A DNA stretch of 63,567 nucleotides, filler included, from Chiloscyllium plagiosum (lineage: Eukaryota): NCBI RefSeq assembly GCF_004010195.1. It is 4 parts of one record of this genome, joined end to end, with 100 filler letters (N's around TTAATTAATTAA, not from the genome) between each part and the next. Parts side by side here need not be neighbours in the genome. Positions count along the whole stretch, not along the records: positions 31,123 to 50,951 come from NC_057717.1; 3 more parts are not named here. One strand, given 5' to 3'. The position numbers and the translations under genes were made by a program. The notes beneath the pieces were generated by a model. It saw only the letters and a list, made by a program, of their open reading frames with translations, did no database searches and had not been told where the DNA came from. Within the stretch, counting starts at the first letter, position 1. Each line of letters starts with the position of its first letter. This document shows, piece by piece, positions 37,404 to 49,537 of this stretch.

Positions 37404-37973
37404 TGTGCGGAGAAATTATAAATGTTGTTGTCTGCAAATATCGTAAGGCTGAAACATGAAGGAGAGGGGGTTGTAGGTTAAGCTAGATATGCTTGTACAA
37501 ACAGTTTAAACATCTGTTTCCCGCTTCTGCAAAAACAAAAAAAAACAATCAAGAGGTCATAAGGCTCTGTGTGGACGAAGAATGGAAGGAAATGTTGCTT
37601 TAGCAGGCAAGGAAGCAGATGGGAGTGAAGGAGGATATACGCCAACAACAGACTACGGAGGGAAGTGGTGAAAAGGCCAGGCAAGTGCCTGCACTCTGTC
37701 ACGTACAAGGCCGAATAAGGCAAGAGATAAACAAGAGAAATGGGCGCCCAGCTTAGAGAAGTGGGATATGTAAACAGGGGAGAGCAATGGAATAAGTGGG
37801 GGAGTAGAAAAGGAGAAATGTATTATATAAAAGTGTGGCTCGTTGGACTCGGGGTGCCTACCTTGTACACTCGGGGTGCCTACACTTTTGCAAGAGTATA
37901 ATGAACGATACTGATTCTTCAGATCTTGTCTCGCACTGAAATTATTGAAGTGAATTGAGTTCGATTTCCCACA
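37404..37973 (+). repeat. 3' LTR (570 bp), only distantly similar to the 5' LTR
   Basis: TGTGCGGAGAAAT...ATTTCCCACA termini, TATATAAAA near 37824, R/U5 alignable to the end of the 5' LTR. Confidence 0.85.
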
Positions 37974-37979
37974 CTTTGA

Positions 37980-39170
37980 TCAGCTGGGCCCTGAAATGTT
38001 TACCTCCAATTGATCTCTCTGGTCTCTGCTGCAAGGAAAAATCAATTGAAAAAATTGGCTTAATTTATTCCTCGCTTTCTCCCCTACATTCTCTGCCTCT
38101 CTCCCGACATGTGCTCTGCTTTCTTGCAAACCAATTATGCTCCCCAGCAAATTATTTTCATATTTTTGCATTCTCACTCAAGGATCATTTACACACCTAC
38201 CGGAGCAAACTTGTTTTCTGATCACTGCAACTGTCTCTGGAGACATTAAAATTCTGATTCCTCACAGCGTCGGCAGCTGACATTTATCATGAAGAAAGCC
38301 ATTTTAAGCTAACTCTTGTATCCACAATTGCCTTATGGTTGTTGTAAAATTGCTGAATACTCAGGGATTCAGTTTTATATTCTTTGATCAACTTATATTT
38401 TTTAAACTGTCTGTGTCTGCGTGGGTTTCCTCTCGGTGCTTCGGTTTCGTCCCCCAGTCCAAAATGTGCAGTTTAGGTGAATTACCATAGTGTTAGGTGA
38501 AGGGGTAAATGTAGGGGAGTGGGTCTGGGTGGGTTGTGCTTCGGCAGGTCAGTGTGGACTTGGTGGGCCGAAGGGGCTGTTTCCATACTGTAAGTAATCT
38601 AATCTAATAGAAAGCAGTAGGTTGTTCTTCAAAACTTTCGCAGGAGGATTGAAAGACCCTGCGGACAGACTGTGGGGGAGGGGACGAGATAGGAACGTCA
38701 GTTCTCAATTTAGGTCAGCTATCTAAATTTTAGATTACAAATGGTTTTTGCATGTTATACACGAAGTGTCATCATGTTCTGGCGTCATCTTGAAACTGGA
38801 AATTAGAATATTGAATGGACAAGCAATTTACTACTGGAAACTTTCACATGTTTTGTGTTGATGCAACGGTTTTTAAAGAAAAAAATCTCTAAAATCTCAG
38901 AAAAATGCTGACATAATAGACACATTCAAACAACTTTGTTTTGTGACTGCTGTAGTCTGTTTTTGTTGTATTGTTCTGGCATGAACACATAGGAAGCCCC
39001 TCCATATAACTTACAGGAAGTGGCAGCAATTTTCCTTCACATTGTTGTATTCTGAATGAAACTTAATTAAGACACTCATTGGACTAAAGTTTACTTTTTG
39101 GTACTGCAGCCATTACTGGAACGTTCTCTGCCTCTGACTTTTCTATGGAAAACAAAGAACATGAAAGCAT
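37980..39170 (-). repeat. Inverted arm of the exon-bearing tandem array
   Basis: Reverse complement aligns to 44750-44885 and 40795-41030; degenerate cassette at 38215-38276. Confidence 0.7.
38410..38610 (+). mobile_element. HE1-like SINE, 5'-truncated
   Basis: GTGTCTGCGTGGGTTTCCTC...GTAAGTAATCTAATCTAAT. Confidence 0.85.
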
Positions 39171-39812
39171 GGGAAGGAGTAATGAATGAAGACCACTGGC
39201 AATCTGTGGTCTGTGGAAGGCATGATGGAATAACCATAGTGGAATGCTCTTATACCCATTAGAGTAAGGCTACGGCTGAAAGGTCACGATGGATTGATGA
39301 GATAACCCAAGTAATAAAGCAAGTTTCTCTGTTAAGTCTTATTATGACGGGATTGGGACAATTCATATTTGGGACATGACATTAAAATATCTAATTAATA
39401 GTTAGTAGAGTCCGCTTGAGACGGGAGACTGTTGTAATGGCTGGAATAGTAAATATCTATCATGACAGGTTAGTCAGGAATGAAAAAAAACATTGTAGCC
39501 GAGTTAGCAAGAAATATCTAACCGTGACATTAGAATAACATTAAGTAGAATGTACAACGAAAGAGATAATGGGAACTACCATTGCTGGTTTATTGTGTAG
39601 CTAGTGTGATGTACTTCGATTAATATAGTTGGACATGCTGATAAGCTAACAGAAACATAATTATAAAGAGATATAAAAATCCACAGACCCTGAGGTTCGT
39701 GGGCATTCGAGAATGTGCTTTCTCAGTGTCATGATTTTTTGTTTGCAAATAAAAGACCTACCTCTTGAAGAACTCTCTGCCTCTCCTGGTGACTATCTAT
39801 ATTTTCTGCACA
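39170..39812 (+). mobile_element. Possible solo LTR
   Basis: TATAAAA near 39673, AATAAA near 39748, U5-like end TTTTCTGCACA; 5' terminus and TSD imperfect. Confidence 0.45.
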
Positions 39813-39916
39813 GCATTTCCAGTGTCAAAGTTTCCATATTTGCAATTGTTATACAGCACAAACAAAGCGATTCGAAACAAACACTTGAATCTACACTTTG
39901 CATTCAGCCATTGCAG

Positions 39917-39994
39917 GCTTGGTAAACTTGACAGTCTAAATTGTGATGGAGTTGGAAAACTGTGCTCTTCAAAATCTAAAACGGTCGTGCAAAA
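39917..39994 (+). other. Candidate 78-nt phase-2 exon, LRR-like: LGKLDSLNCDGVGKLCSSKSKTVVQK
   Basis: TTGCAG| acceptor, |GTAAGT donor, open frame. Confidence 0.55.
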
Positions 39995-40540
39995 GTAAGT
40001 TTGATACAATATGTGACTATGATTTTGCTTCATTCAGAATCCAAGAAAGTAAAATGAAACTGCTAGTGACCTGGCAGTTACTATAAGAAAATATAAGGAC
40101 TCCTCATAATAACATCACACACTATTGAAGTGAATACGATTTCAGACCACAGTAGCTTCCTATCACCCTTTAACCTTGATAATCAGCTTTAGGGTTCTTC
40201 AAACCTATGAGAGGTTTTGAAGAAAAAAAATCATCATCTATTACATTCATCCATCTGCAGTATGACCAATTTATCAAAACCAACTAATTAAGGACTGCAA
40301 TACTGAAGCCAGAGCCTTCAGCCATTCAAACAGCTGGCACACGTACATGAATGTAAGTGCTATTTTTAGATTAAATCGACATGTAACTTTCATGACCAAT
40401 TGCACATCTCAAAGCTATTACAATCTAAACTGCGATGGAATTGATAGTTCTTGAAAAACATCTGCCACAGTTAAAAGATGAGTTTGATCCAAAGTGCTAT
40501 TCAATTCTTGATCAATATTGCATTTGAAATAAAGGCAACC

Positions 40541-40790
40541 ACATTCTCCCCGTGTCTGCATGGGCTTCCTCCGGATGCACCAGTTTTCTCCCACAGTGCA
40601 AAGATTTGCAGGGTAGGTGGATTGGCCATGCTCAATTGCCCATAGTGTCCAGGACTGTGTGGGTTAACAGAGTTACTGTAAAAGGAGAGGGGAGGTAGGT
40701 TTGGAAGGGATGCTCCGAGAGTTGGTGTAGATTTGATAGACAGAATGGCCTGTTTCCACACTGTAGGGTTCTATGATTCTACTCTGTGAT
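40541..40790 (+). mobile_element. HE1-related SINE fragment
   Basis: ACATTCTCCCCGTGTCTGCATGGG...GCCTGTTTCCACACTGTAGGG. Confidence 0.8.
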
Positions 40791-41298
40791 GAATCACTGG
40801 ATAACAAGCAAATCCTGTTAAGTTATATGGATATGTCCTTCTGCGTGCATCCTAGAAGAATATAATGAACAGCATTTGAGACCATAACAGGAGCATTACA
40901 GCCTCTCTACTACCTGCATTATTCAGAGGGCTTTAGAATTTGCTTCAAAAATATTGTATTGAGAGAGGACATCAAAGACTGTTCAATGGAAAATTGCTTG
41001 TGTTTCGTTGTTGACGTTTCCAATGTCTGAAAATAAATATATCCAAAAATTGGGTTTTCCATCTCCCACTTTTAACCGTAATCACCAGTTATCGTGTCAT
41101 TCAAACCGATGAAAGATTTTCGAAATCAAACCACTGTCTATTGCAGTCATCCATCTGCAGCGTGATCAGTTTAACAAAAGCAGCGAAATACAATACTGAA
41201 TCCAGAGCCTTCAGCCATTCCAATAGTTTGCACACAATTGCAGACGGAGGCAAATACTAATTTAAATGACTAAATTTATCTTATCTGATCAATTACAG

Positions 41299-41376
41299 AC
41301 CAGGTAAACTTGACCGATCAAACTACAATGGAGATGCAAATCTGTGCTTATCCAGATATAAGGCTATCATGAAAAA
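41299..41376 (+). other. Candidate 78-nt phase-2 exon, LRR-like: PGKLDRSNYNGDANLCLSRYKAIMKK
   Basis: TTACAG| acceptor, |GTAAGT donor, open frame, gap-free alignment to 39917-39994. Confidence 0.55.
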
Positions 41377-41914
41377 GTAAGTTTGAATACATGATGTGAC
41401 AAAGACTTTGCTTCATTCAGAGTTTAAGAACGTGAATAGAAATTGCTGCTGAACTGATAGTTACTTTAAGATAACACAGGGAATCCTCATGAAAACATCA
41501 CACAGCAGTGCAGTGACCACCATTCCAGACCATAGTAATCACATGATGCCTCTCTACTATTTGCATTATTCTTTGGGGTTCAGAGGTTCCTTAAAATAAT
41601 TGCGTTAGGTTATGACATCGAAGATACTTCAGAAGAAAGTTGCTCGCTTTTCAGTATTGAAGTTTGGAATTAATAATCTGTGACCTTTTCTCAACTCTGA
41701 ATGTGAATATATTCAAGAAATGAGGTTCCCATTTCTCTCTTTCACCCTTATCACTCGCTACACCGTCCTTCAAACCTCTGAAAGGGTTTGAAGGAAAAGA
41801 ATAACCACTTACTGCAGTCTTCCATCTGGGGCGCGACCACTTTTAAAAAAGCAGCTGACCAAGGATTGAAATACTAAATCCAAAGTCTTCAGCCATTCAA
41901 ACAGCTGTCAGTCC

Positions 41915-42320
41915 ATAAGATATGAAGGGCAATTTTATGCCATTCAGCCCATTATGTCTACTTCACTATTGATCATGGTTGATTTATTTGGCATCTCCAT
42001 TGTCCTGCCTCCCCCTTTACTACTCAATAACTTCTTTCTTGAATACACTGAATGAATTGGCTTCCACAGCTATCTGCAGTAGTATGTTCCACAGGTTTAT
42101 CCACTTCTGGCCAAATACATTCCTCCACATCTCAGTTTGAAACTGTGATTCCTCCACTCTGAAGGTGGGCCGTTGTGTACTTATCTCTCCGATGAGTGGA
42201 AACATCCTCATATCCACTCTATCCAGGCCTCTCAGTATTCTGTAATTTTCAGTCCAAATTACCCCCTCATCCTTCTAACATCAACTGAGTACAGACCCAG
42301 AGTTCACAACTGCTGCTCAT
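41915..42320 (-). mobile_element. CR1 3' fragment
   Basis: MFPLIGEISTQRPTFRVEESQFQTEMWRNVF. Confidence 0.75.
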
Positions 42321-43344
42321 AGGAATCCCAAACGTGGATAGATTGATATGCAAATTTATGACAACATTTGTTTTTTGTGACCAATTGTGACCAATTGCAG
42401 ATGTAGAAGTACTGACAAACTAAACTTTGACGTAAGTGATAGTTCTGGAATACTATCTGGATGCACAACATATCTTCTCAAATCTCAAAGTCATTGCAAA
42501 GTATGTTTTTTCTAAAGTGCAAATTATTGATGACTATTGCATTTGGAATAAATGCAAACAATGGATAGCCAACAATTCCTATGAAGTTATGCACGGGTTT
42601 CCTTCTGCATGCATCCTGGAAACCAATAGAATACATAATTGCAGGCCATAGTTAGTACATTATGGAAACTGTTGGTCTCTGCCTCCAAACTGTGCAAATT
42701 TCATAGAATTTGTTTGGTGATTTTTTTTAAGCAAGACATTTCCAGTAATAATTTTGTGAATTGTGGTGGAGCTCTGCTATTTGTATTGAGAGCTAGAGCC
42801 AGTGCTGCTGTGATGAGTGGTCTGGTGTGAATGTTGGATATTCAAGAATGTGTTGCCTAGTCACTAGTCAATTAATGGAATGGCCCAATCACATGAGCTG
42901 ATAGTGAAATCAGAGTGAAGGCAGAGCAGCAAACCTTTTCTTTTCCACCATTTTCCAGATTAGCTGGCGTGTGGCCTGGCTTGCCCACCTCTGACAATGT
43001 GGTGTAATTGTCGGGAAGGAAGTGAGGCTTTACTCCTGGGTTTCTCTCCACTTTGCCAACCTTTCCATGTCCCAGACCACAGCCAGTTGACTGGGAAAAT
43101 TTAGCCCTGTATGTCGAGACAGTATCCAAAGATCGGCACAGGGCAAAATGGAAACTTCATTACCCTTCTATATTTGAGATTTGAATTATTTATTTGAGAT
43201 ATTTATGGACGGTACAATCAGTATAAAGCGTTGGAAAAATGGATTTATTGCATCCTTATTTCTTTTCCTTTGCTTCCATACTTCAGTTTCAGTCTAGAGA
43301 CCTTGGAGGGTATGTTCATAGGCCCATAGAATCATAGTTGAGAC

Positions 43345-44015
43345 TCAGGTAGATAGGATTGTGAAGAAGGTTTTTGGTATGCTTTCCTTTATTGTTCAGA
43401 GCATTGAGTATCGGAGCTGGGAGGTAATGTTGCAGTTGTACAGGATATTGGTGGGGCCATTTTTGGAATATTATGGACAATTCTAGTCTCCTCCCTATCT
43501 GAAATATGTTGTGAAACTTGTAAGGGTTCAGAAAATACTTACAAGGATTTTGCTGGGGTTGGAGAGTTTGATCTATAGGGAGAGGCTGGATAGGCTGGGA
43601 CTGTTTTTCCTGGAGCGTTGGAGGCTGAGGGATAATCTTTTAGATGTTTATAAAACCATGAGAGGCATGGAAAGATAAATAGAGAAAATCATTTCCCTGG
43701 GTTGGGAGAGTCCAGAACGAGAGGGGATAGGTTTAAGATGAGAAGGTGGAAATTTAAAAGGGACCTATGCGGCAAATTTCTCATGCAAAGCATGGTGCAT
43801 GTACGGAATGAGCTGCCTGAGGAAGTGGTTGAGGCTGGTACAATTACAACAATTGAGACGCATCTGGATGAGTGCATGAATAGAAAGGTTTCAGAGGGAC
43901 ATGGGCCAATTGCTGGCAAATAGGATTAGATTAATTTAGAATATTTGGTCGGCATGGACACGTTGGACTAAAGGGTCTGATTCCATGCTGTACATTTCTA
44001 CGAACTCTATGACTC
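43345..44015 (+). mobile_element. CR1 3' fragment
   Basis: GESRTRGDRFKMRRWKFKRDLCGKF...NELPEEVVEAGT. Confidence 0.88.
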
Positions 44016-45755
44016 TTGTCCTACAAACTACCGTTGATTGTTTCATTGAAATAAATCAGTATCAACTGTAATTATTAAAAGTGTATAAACAATGCTTTTA
44101 TTGTGAATGTTGATGTTATCTTAAAATGATTTAGGAGCAATTTTATGACCATTTAAAGCTCTGAAAACCTTGACAGACAGATAGTAATTTGTGTTCTCGA
44201 GAAATCAAGGGAGTCATCAGAAAATAAGTTTGCTACAATATGTGACGAGGTTTTGCTTCATTCGGAGTACAAGGAAACGAAAGGCAATGGCTGGTGAGCT
44301 GGCAGTTAGGGATTCCTCACGAAAACATCAGATAGCAGTGCAGTGAGCACTTCTGCAGACCATACCAATAACAACACTACCTTCTAATATTTGTATTATT
44401 TCTTGTGCTTCACAGTTTCCTTAAAAAAATGTGTCAGGACATGAAGACACTTCAATGGGAAATTCCTCGGGTTTCAGTCTTGAAGATTGATTTATTTATC
44501 AGTGGCATTTTCTAAACTCTGAATATGAATAAATTAAAGGAATAGGTTTCTAATTTTTATCTATGCCCCTTATCAGGAGCCACAGTGTGCTTCAAATCTA
44601 TGAAAGATTTTGAAGACAAAAATCGCCATCCTTTGGAACCATACGTCAGGGGTGAGTTCTCTTCAATCTATCGGTTTTCTTAAAGGTCAAAATACCGAAT
44701 CTCGGTCTCCAGAATCTTCTAACACTTGACACACACTGTGGATACAAATGCTTGTTTAAAATATCTTTCGTCATGACTAATGGCAGCTGCCAAAACTGTA
44801 ATAATCTAAGCTGTCAACAAAAGTCAATAACCTCTATCTTCTGGAATAGTTGCAGTGATCAGAAAGTGACTTTGCTCCAATGCATATATAAATAATCCTT
44901 TATTTGGAAGTTCTTTTAACACGTGACATTGCAGCACTAAATTTATGAATCTCACTGCCTTGAACTGAGAGCTGGATCCAGTCATGCAGTGATGGTGGAG
45001 GATTCTTCCAGGCGCTCTGTCAGAATGCATGCTCCTTCACATAGGTTTTCAACTGGACACACGGAGCAAGTGGCCGTGTGGATATTGGGGATTCTCGGAC
45101 AGTTTTTTCCTTTGCTATGCTGGAGTTGTGGCCCCCGTAATAAACATAAATTTCGGACATTCTGTAACTTACGCTGGATCCTTACCACTTTACAATTTAA
45201 ACTGAAATTCAATTTACTCTTACATAACATTCTTATGTCTTCACTATCTGATCTAAAGCGACAGGAGCTATCGATTCCAGCTGTGAGAGCGGTGGGATAA
45301 AAGGGAGCACCTTGATATCCGTGGAGTAGATTCACATTGTCCTCATCATGTTATTCTTTTAAAGCATCTATCAGAAACAGCACAGGAAGAGAGTAACAGG
45401 AGGAGTCCATTTCAAACACCGGCCCTACACCGCTATTTGGTCTCGGCATGGCTGACTGAACACTTCAATCTCTTTCATCAGAACATCCTCATCAACCTGT
45501 CACCCAGCAGGAAATAGACATTGAATAAATTGAAAATGTCTGTGCAACTATGTGAGGGAAATATGTTTAGAGCCAGTGAGTGTCTGCACGAACTGCGCAG
45601 ATTTTGGGGGTGATCAGCCGATTCTGGTCTGATCATGTTTTAAACCATACCATTCCCTTAAAACTCACCACCAAGAAGATGAATAACTCCAGACGGCAGA
45701 AATTGACATCAATCAGCAGAAAATCATTGATTCAGCTTAAATCTGAAATAAACTC

Positions 45756-45846
45756 CGATTCTGGTGGGATTCAACCCCACAAACTTTGAGTAGTCATTTA
45801 ACAACACTGTAGAATTCAAACGCGCTTTTCATTGCGCCACAGAGCC
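45756..45846 (-). tRNA. tRNA-Arg(TCT) pseudogene with an 18-nt intron
   Basis: GGCTCTGTGGCGCAATGAAAAGCGCGTTTGAATTCTA-intron-ACTCAAAGTTTGTGGGGTTGAATCCCACCAGAATCG aligns with vertebrate Arg-TCT; D-loop, anticodon stem and T-loop are damaged. Confidence 0.88.
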
Positions 45847-46239
45847 GCGCTAGCCGCCATTTTACTGCACCCAAAGTTGCGATGTTTGGGTCTTTCATCA
45901 AGCATCCGTTTATCCTCGCCTCACTTTCCTTATGTGCTCTTGCTTCTCACGTGTTTGGCTAAATACTCTGAAATGTCTTGATGACTCTTACCTTTACCTT
46001 ACGTTCAGACAGTGAATTGCAGATAAACAACACCCTCAGGGTGAAAACATTCTTCCAACATCTCCTCTGAACATCCTATCTCTTGCATTTAACATATATC
46101 CCTGTTATTAACCCTTCTCATAAGACGTTTATTCCTATCACACATATCTATCCCCTTAATGTGCATCTTAATAACTTCCTCACTCAGCCTTCTCTGCTCT
46201 CAGATAAAGAGCCCCAGCCAAGCTTGTCTGTCTTCGCAG

Positions 46240-46730
46240 TGGCGAGAGTGTAGTACTGGAAAAGCACAGCAGATCAGGCAGCATCCGAGGAGCAGGGGAA
46301 TCGGACATAAGCCCTTCATCAGGAATGAGGCTTGTGTGTCGGGGCTGAGAGAAAAATGGGAGGGCGTGGTTGGGTTGAGTGAAGATAGCTGAGAAAGCGA
46401 TAGGTGGATGAAGGTGAGGGAGAAGCTGACAGGTAGTGGGGGGAGAGATGGCTGTGTCCAGAGGGAGGTGCCGAGTTGGAGGCTTGGGACTGGGATAATG
46501 TCGGTGGAGGGGAAATGAGAAAGCTGTTGAGATCCACATTTATCCCGTGTTGTTGCAGGATCCCAAGGCTGAATATGAGACGTTCCTCCTCCAGGTGTCA
46601 GGTGGTAACGGTTTGGCGGTGGCTTATGCCCGAAACATCGATTCTCCTGGGGCTCAGATGCTACCTGACCTGCTCTGCTTTCCCAGCACCACACTGTCGA
46701 CTCTAATCTCCAATCCTCACTGTCTCCTAT
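46240..46730. mobile_element. Penelope-derived fragment with inverted termini
   Basis: CATAAGCCCTTCATCAGGAAT at the left and GGCTTATGCCCGAAACATCG at the right; internal piece resembles the antisense GIY-YIG end. Confidence 0.8.
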
Positions 46731-47759
46731 TTTCAGAGTGGAAGTGGTCGATCCGAGGCAGCACCTTGATGAATCTCCTCTGAACACCCTCCTGTGCAAA
46801 CACACGCTTCCTGAACACTGGCGATCAGAACAAAACAACATTATCTAAATAAAAGCACAAATATCTGAACAAAATCAGCAGGTCTATTGCATCTGAAGAG
46901 AGACAGGAGAGATAATTTTCGATCCTAATGACCCACCTTCCGAACTGATGGCGTGTGTGGGTAGGGTAGGAACGTGGAAGAAGAGGGAACGTTTCCGGCA
47001 TAGTGCCGGTAAGGAGTAGTATTCAATGGGATGGGTCAGTGGGAGGAGTGGGTTAGAATGTATATCTTCTTGCTATCAGTAAACACTTCACTAAGAAATA
47101 AATCTATCAAATGGTTTTCATTCCAACACTGACACTAGGTACAGCTTAAAAGTGACGTGTTTGCACTGTCACTGACACTGTCTAACGGGAGCTGCAGTAA
47201 TTCCCCATGCTGATTCAGTGAGCACAGTTCTTCCCGTGACATGACCCTACGAAAATGTAAGAGCAGGTATTAATAATACACATTTGGTGCCAGAGGTGAC
47301 TATTTCTAAGTCAAATATTGATTTCATTTGTTCCAGTCGGCTACAGCGAGAGTTTTGTGCGCAGTTCTGCAATTCACATTACAGGAGGAATGTCAAAACG
47401 CAAAAACGAAAGAAGGTCAAAAACTCAGGTTCAGAGTGAATGGAATTAGACACAGTGCAGACAGAAACCATCAGCCAACTGAGTCAGCGCTGTGCTGCCG
47501 ATGAGCTTCACACTCCCCCACCCTATCTTTCTAAACCCGCATTTACGATCCACCTACAAAAATAGAAATTGCTCGAAAAACTCAGCACGTCAGCCAGCAT
47601 CAGTGGAGAGAAATCAGAGTTAACCTTCCGAATCAAGAACAGTTCTGAGGAAGAATCTGTCGACCCGAAATAATAATTCCGATTTCTCTGACGATGCAAT
47701 TTCTACTTTTGTCTTTGATTTACAGCACTTAAAATCGTTTCGGGTTTTGTTTGCCATCT

Positions 47760-47935
47760 ACCTGAAGTGCACACTACTGGACTGTGGGAAGAAATTGGAG
47801 CAGCCAGATGAAACCCACACGGGAGAAAAAGAGCAGGAGTACTCAAATTCCACACAGTCAGTCGCACAAGAATGGAATCGAACGCGGGTTTCTGGCGCTG
47901 AAAGGAACAGTGCCACCCACTGAGCCTTTCCAACA
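47760..47935 (-). mobile_element. HE1-related SINE, degenerate
   Basis: GACTGTGGGAAGAAATTGGAGCA...GGAATCGAACGCGGGTTTCTGGCGCTG. Confidence 0.7.
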
Positions 47936-47945
47936 CGCAAGCGCC

Positions 47946-48022
47946 CATCTTGGAGGGGAATTCAACCCGATCTGATGCGGTGATAGGTGGAGATACTGCT
48001 CAGGACTTCTATGCAGAAAGGA
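47946..48022 (-). tRNA. tRNA-Asp-derived pseudogene (anticodon now ATC), highly decayed
   Basis: AGTATCTCCACCTATCACCGCATCAGATCGGGTTGAATTCCCC versus Asp-GTC AGTATCCCCGCCTGTCACGCGGGAGACCGGGGTTCGATTCCCC; flanks paralogous to the 50743 copy. Confidence 0.6.
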
Positions 48023-49020
48023 GCCCCTCAGGGTATGTTTCAGTACTGGACAATAACAATCGCTTAACTATACCAACTTCTTTTTTAAATCATTTGATCC
48101 ATCGCCTTCTGTACCTTGGCATCACAAATTCGCATTTGAAAGTTATAAGGATTTCTGCCTCTCTGATCCCTGCATACACTGAGATCCAGATTTGAACCAC
48201 CCGCTGTTTGAAAACGTTTTTCTGTGCATTCTCTCAAATCTTTCCTCCTCTGACCTTAAATCGATGCCCACTAGTGATCGATCTCTCCATCAAAGAGAGA
48301 CGTTTATTTCAGTCTATGCTATCCACATACCTCAGCATTTTGTATATCTTAATCATGTCCTCTCTCAATCTCCTCTGCTCTAAGAAAAGTAACTGCAGTC
48401 TGTCCAAATCTCTCTTCTTCAACCCAGACAATATCCTGGCAAATTGTTCCTTCGTCATTTTCGGTGTTATCACATCCCTGCTATAATGTGAATTGCGGAG
48501 CTACACACAATAGCCTTGCTAGCGCCGAAAGTACAAGTGAAATAAATGATGTTGAAGTCAACCGAAACTGATATTTTCGAATAAACTTTCTTTTCATCAA
48601 TGCTTCCCTGTGTCCTTTTCCTGAACCTGATGTTTCAACGATCTACATCCATGTCAGCAAAAGCTGGTACATGAGGACTGATCTCACGACAGCGGTATCA
48701 AAATAGTTTGAAGGTCCCGATGGTGAGACTCGGTCACAGTCACCCAGCAACAGTGACTGCAGCAGCACCTACTGAACGGGGTCAATGTGAAAGGGAAATG
48801 GGAGGGGGGATTTAAAGAAGATAAGTAAATGCAGGAGGGAGAGAAATCTCCGAGAGTGGGTCAGTCTGAATCCTGACATATGACTTGCAGACATGTGAGA
48901 GAGAGGGGCTTGATAGAAAAACATTCATAATCTCGGAGAATGTTTTCATGTAAAATGAACAAATGCTTTCTGTGTTTCTTCAGCATGTGCCACAAGGAGT
49001 AAAATGGGGAAAACATTACT

Positions 49021-49091
49021 CGCCATGACTCGGACTTGAACGAGGTCACTGCGACCACAACACAGAATACTGACTATTATACGATCACTGG
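49021..49091 (-). tRNA. tRNA-His(GTG) pseudogene
   Basis: CCAGTGATCGTATAATAGTCAGTATTCTGTGTTGTGGTCGCAGTGACCTCGTTCAAGTCCGAGTCATGGCG aligns with vertebrate His-GTG. Confidence 0.88.
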
Positions 49092-49537
49092 GTCATACAG
49101 ATGCGCGCGTTTGAAAAAAGCAGTAAGTACAGTGGCAGAGGATATGTTGGGAAGAACAGCAGATACACAGCAGGAATATTTGGCTAGCAAGAAACGGCAT
49201 GTAGGAAGTCAGAATTGACTGAATCGTCAAATTCGTTGTCCCCAGAGGCGGTGGAGGTTCCATCGAGTACTGCATGTTGAAGAATGAGGTTGATAGATTT
49301 TTACAAAACATCAAAGGCTCACAGCGATAATGCGCAATATTGTTGAAATGTATATTTCAATAGCAATGAGGTATCACATCGCTTGCTTCACCAACTTCCC
49401 TACTTAACAAGTACCCATTGTTGCAGTCGACCACATAATCCCAGTTCCTGGACTCGGAATCAGTGAAACTGAATGGCGCAGCCGCGAAGATCAAACCAGA
49501 AATGGAAATAGAAATGAGCACGTGCAGCTACTCTGTG

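Larger units (their letters stand above)
31548..37973 (+). mobile_element. Defective endogenous retrovirus, class I, HERV-I/HERV-IP-like
   Basis: LTR-PBS-gag-pro-pol-env-PPT-LTR order; Gag IPPESPLGRML...MIKYCCLVWTKEPI; FLVDTGA; LPQG/YVDD; integrase; env RSKR; many stops and frameshifts. Confidence 0.93.
39850..44950 (+). repeat. Old diverged tandem array (units about 0.5-0.9 kb before TE insertions), each with an exon-like cassette
   Basis: Recurring blocks TTTGCTTCATTC (~40026, 41407, 44253), CCATCTGCAG...CTTCAGCCATTC (~40250, 41150, 41820) and TGACCAATTGCAG-like acceptors. Confidence 0.85.

Noticed and set aside
44989..45300. 103-aa ORF as the missing GPCR exon 2
   Set aside because: No class A GPCR motifs and far too short
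46200..46841. 213-aa minus-strand ORF
   Set aside because: Runs across Penelope and CR1 remnants; no coherent domain
46990..47030. GTTTCCGGCATAGTG resembling the start of tRNA-Val, and a weak Met-like patch near 49430-49462
   Set aside because: Similarity too short; no cloverleaf or B-box
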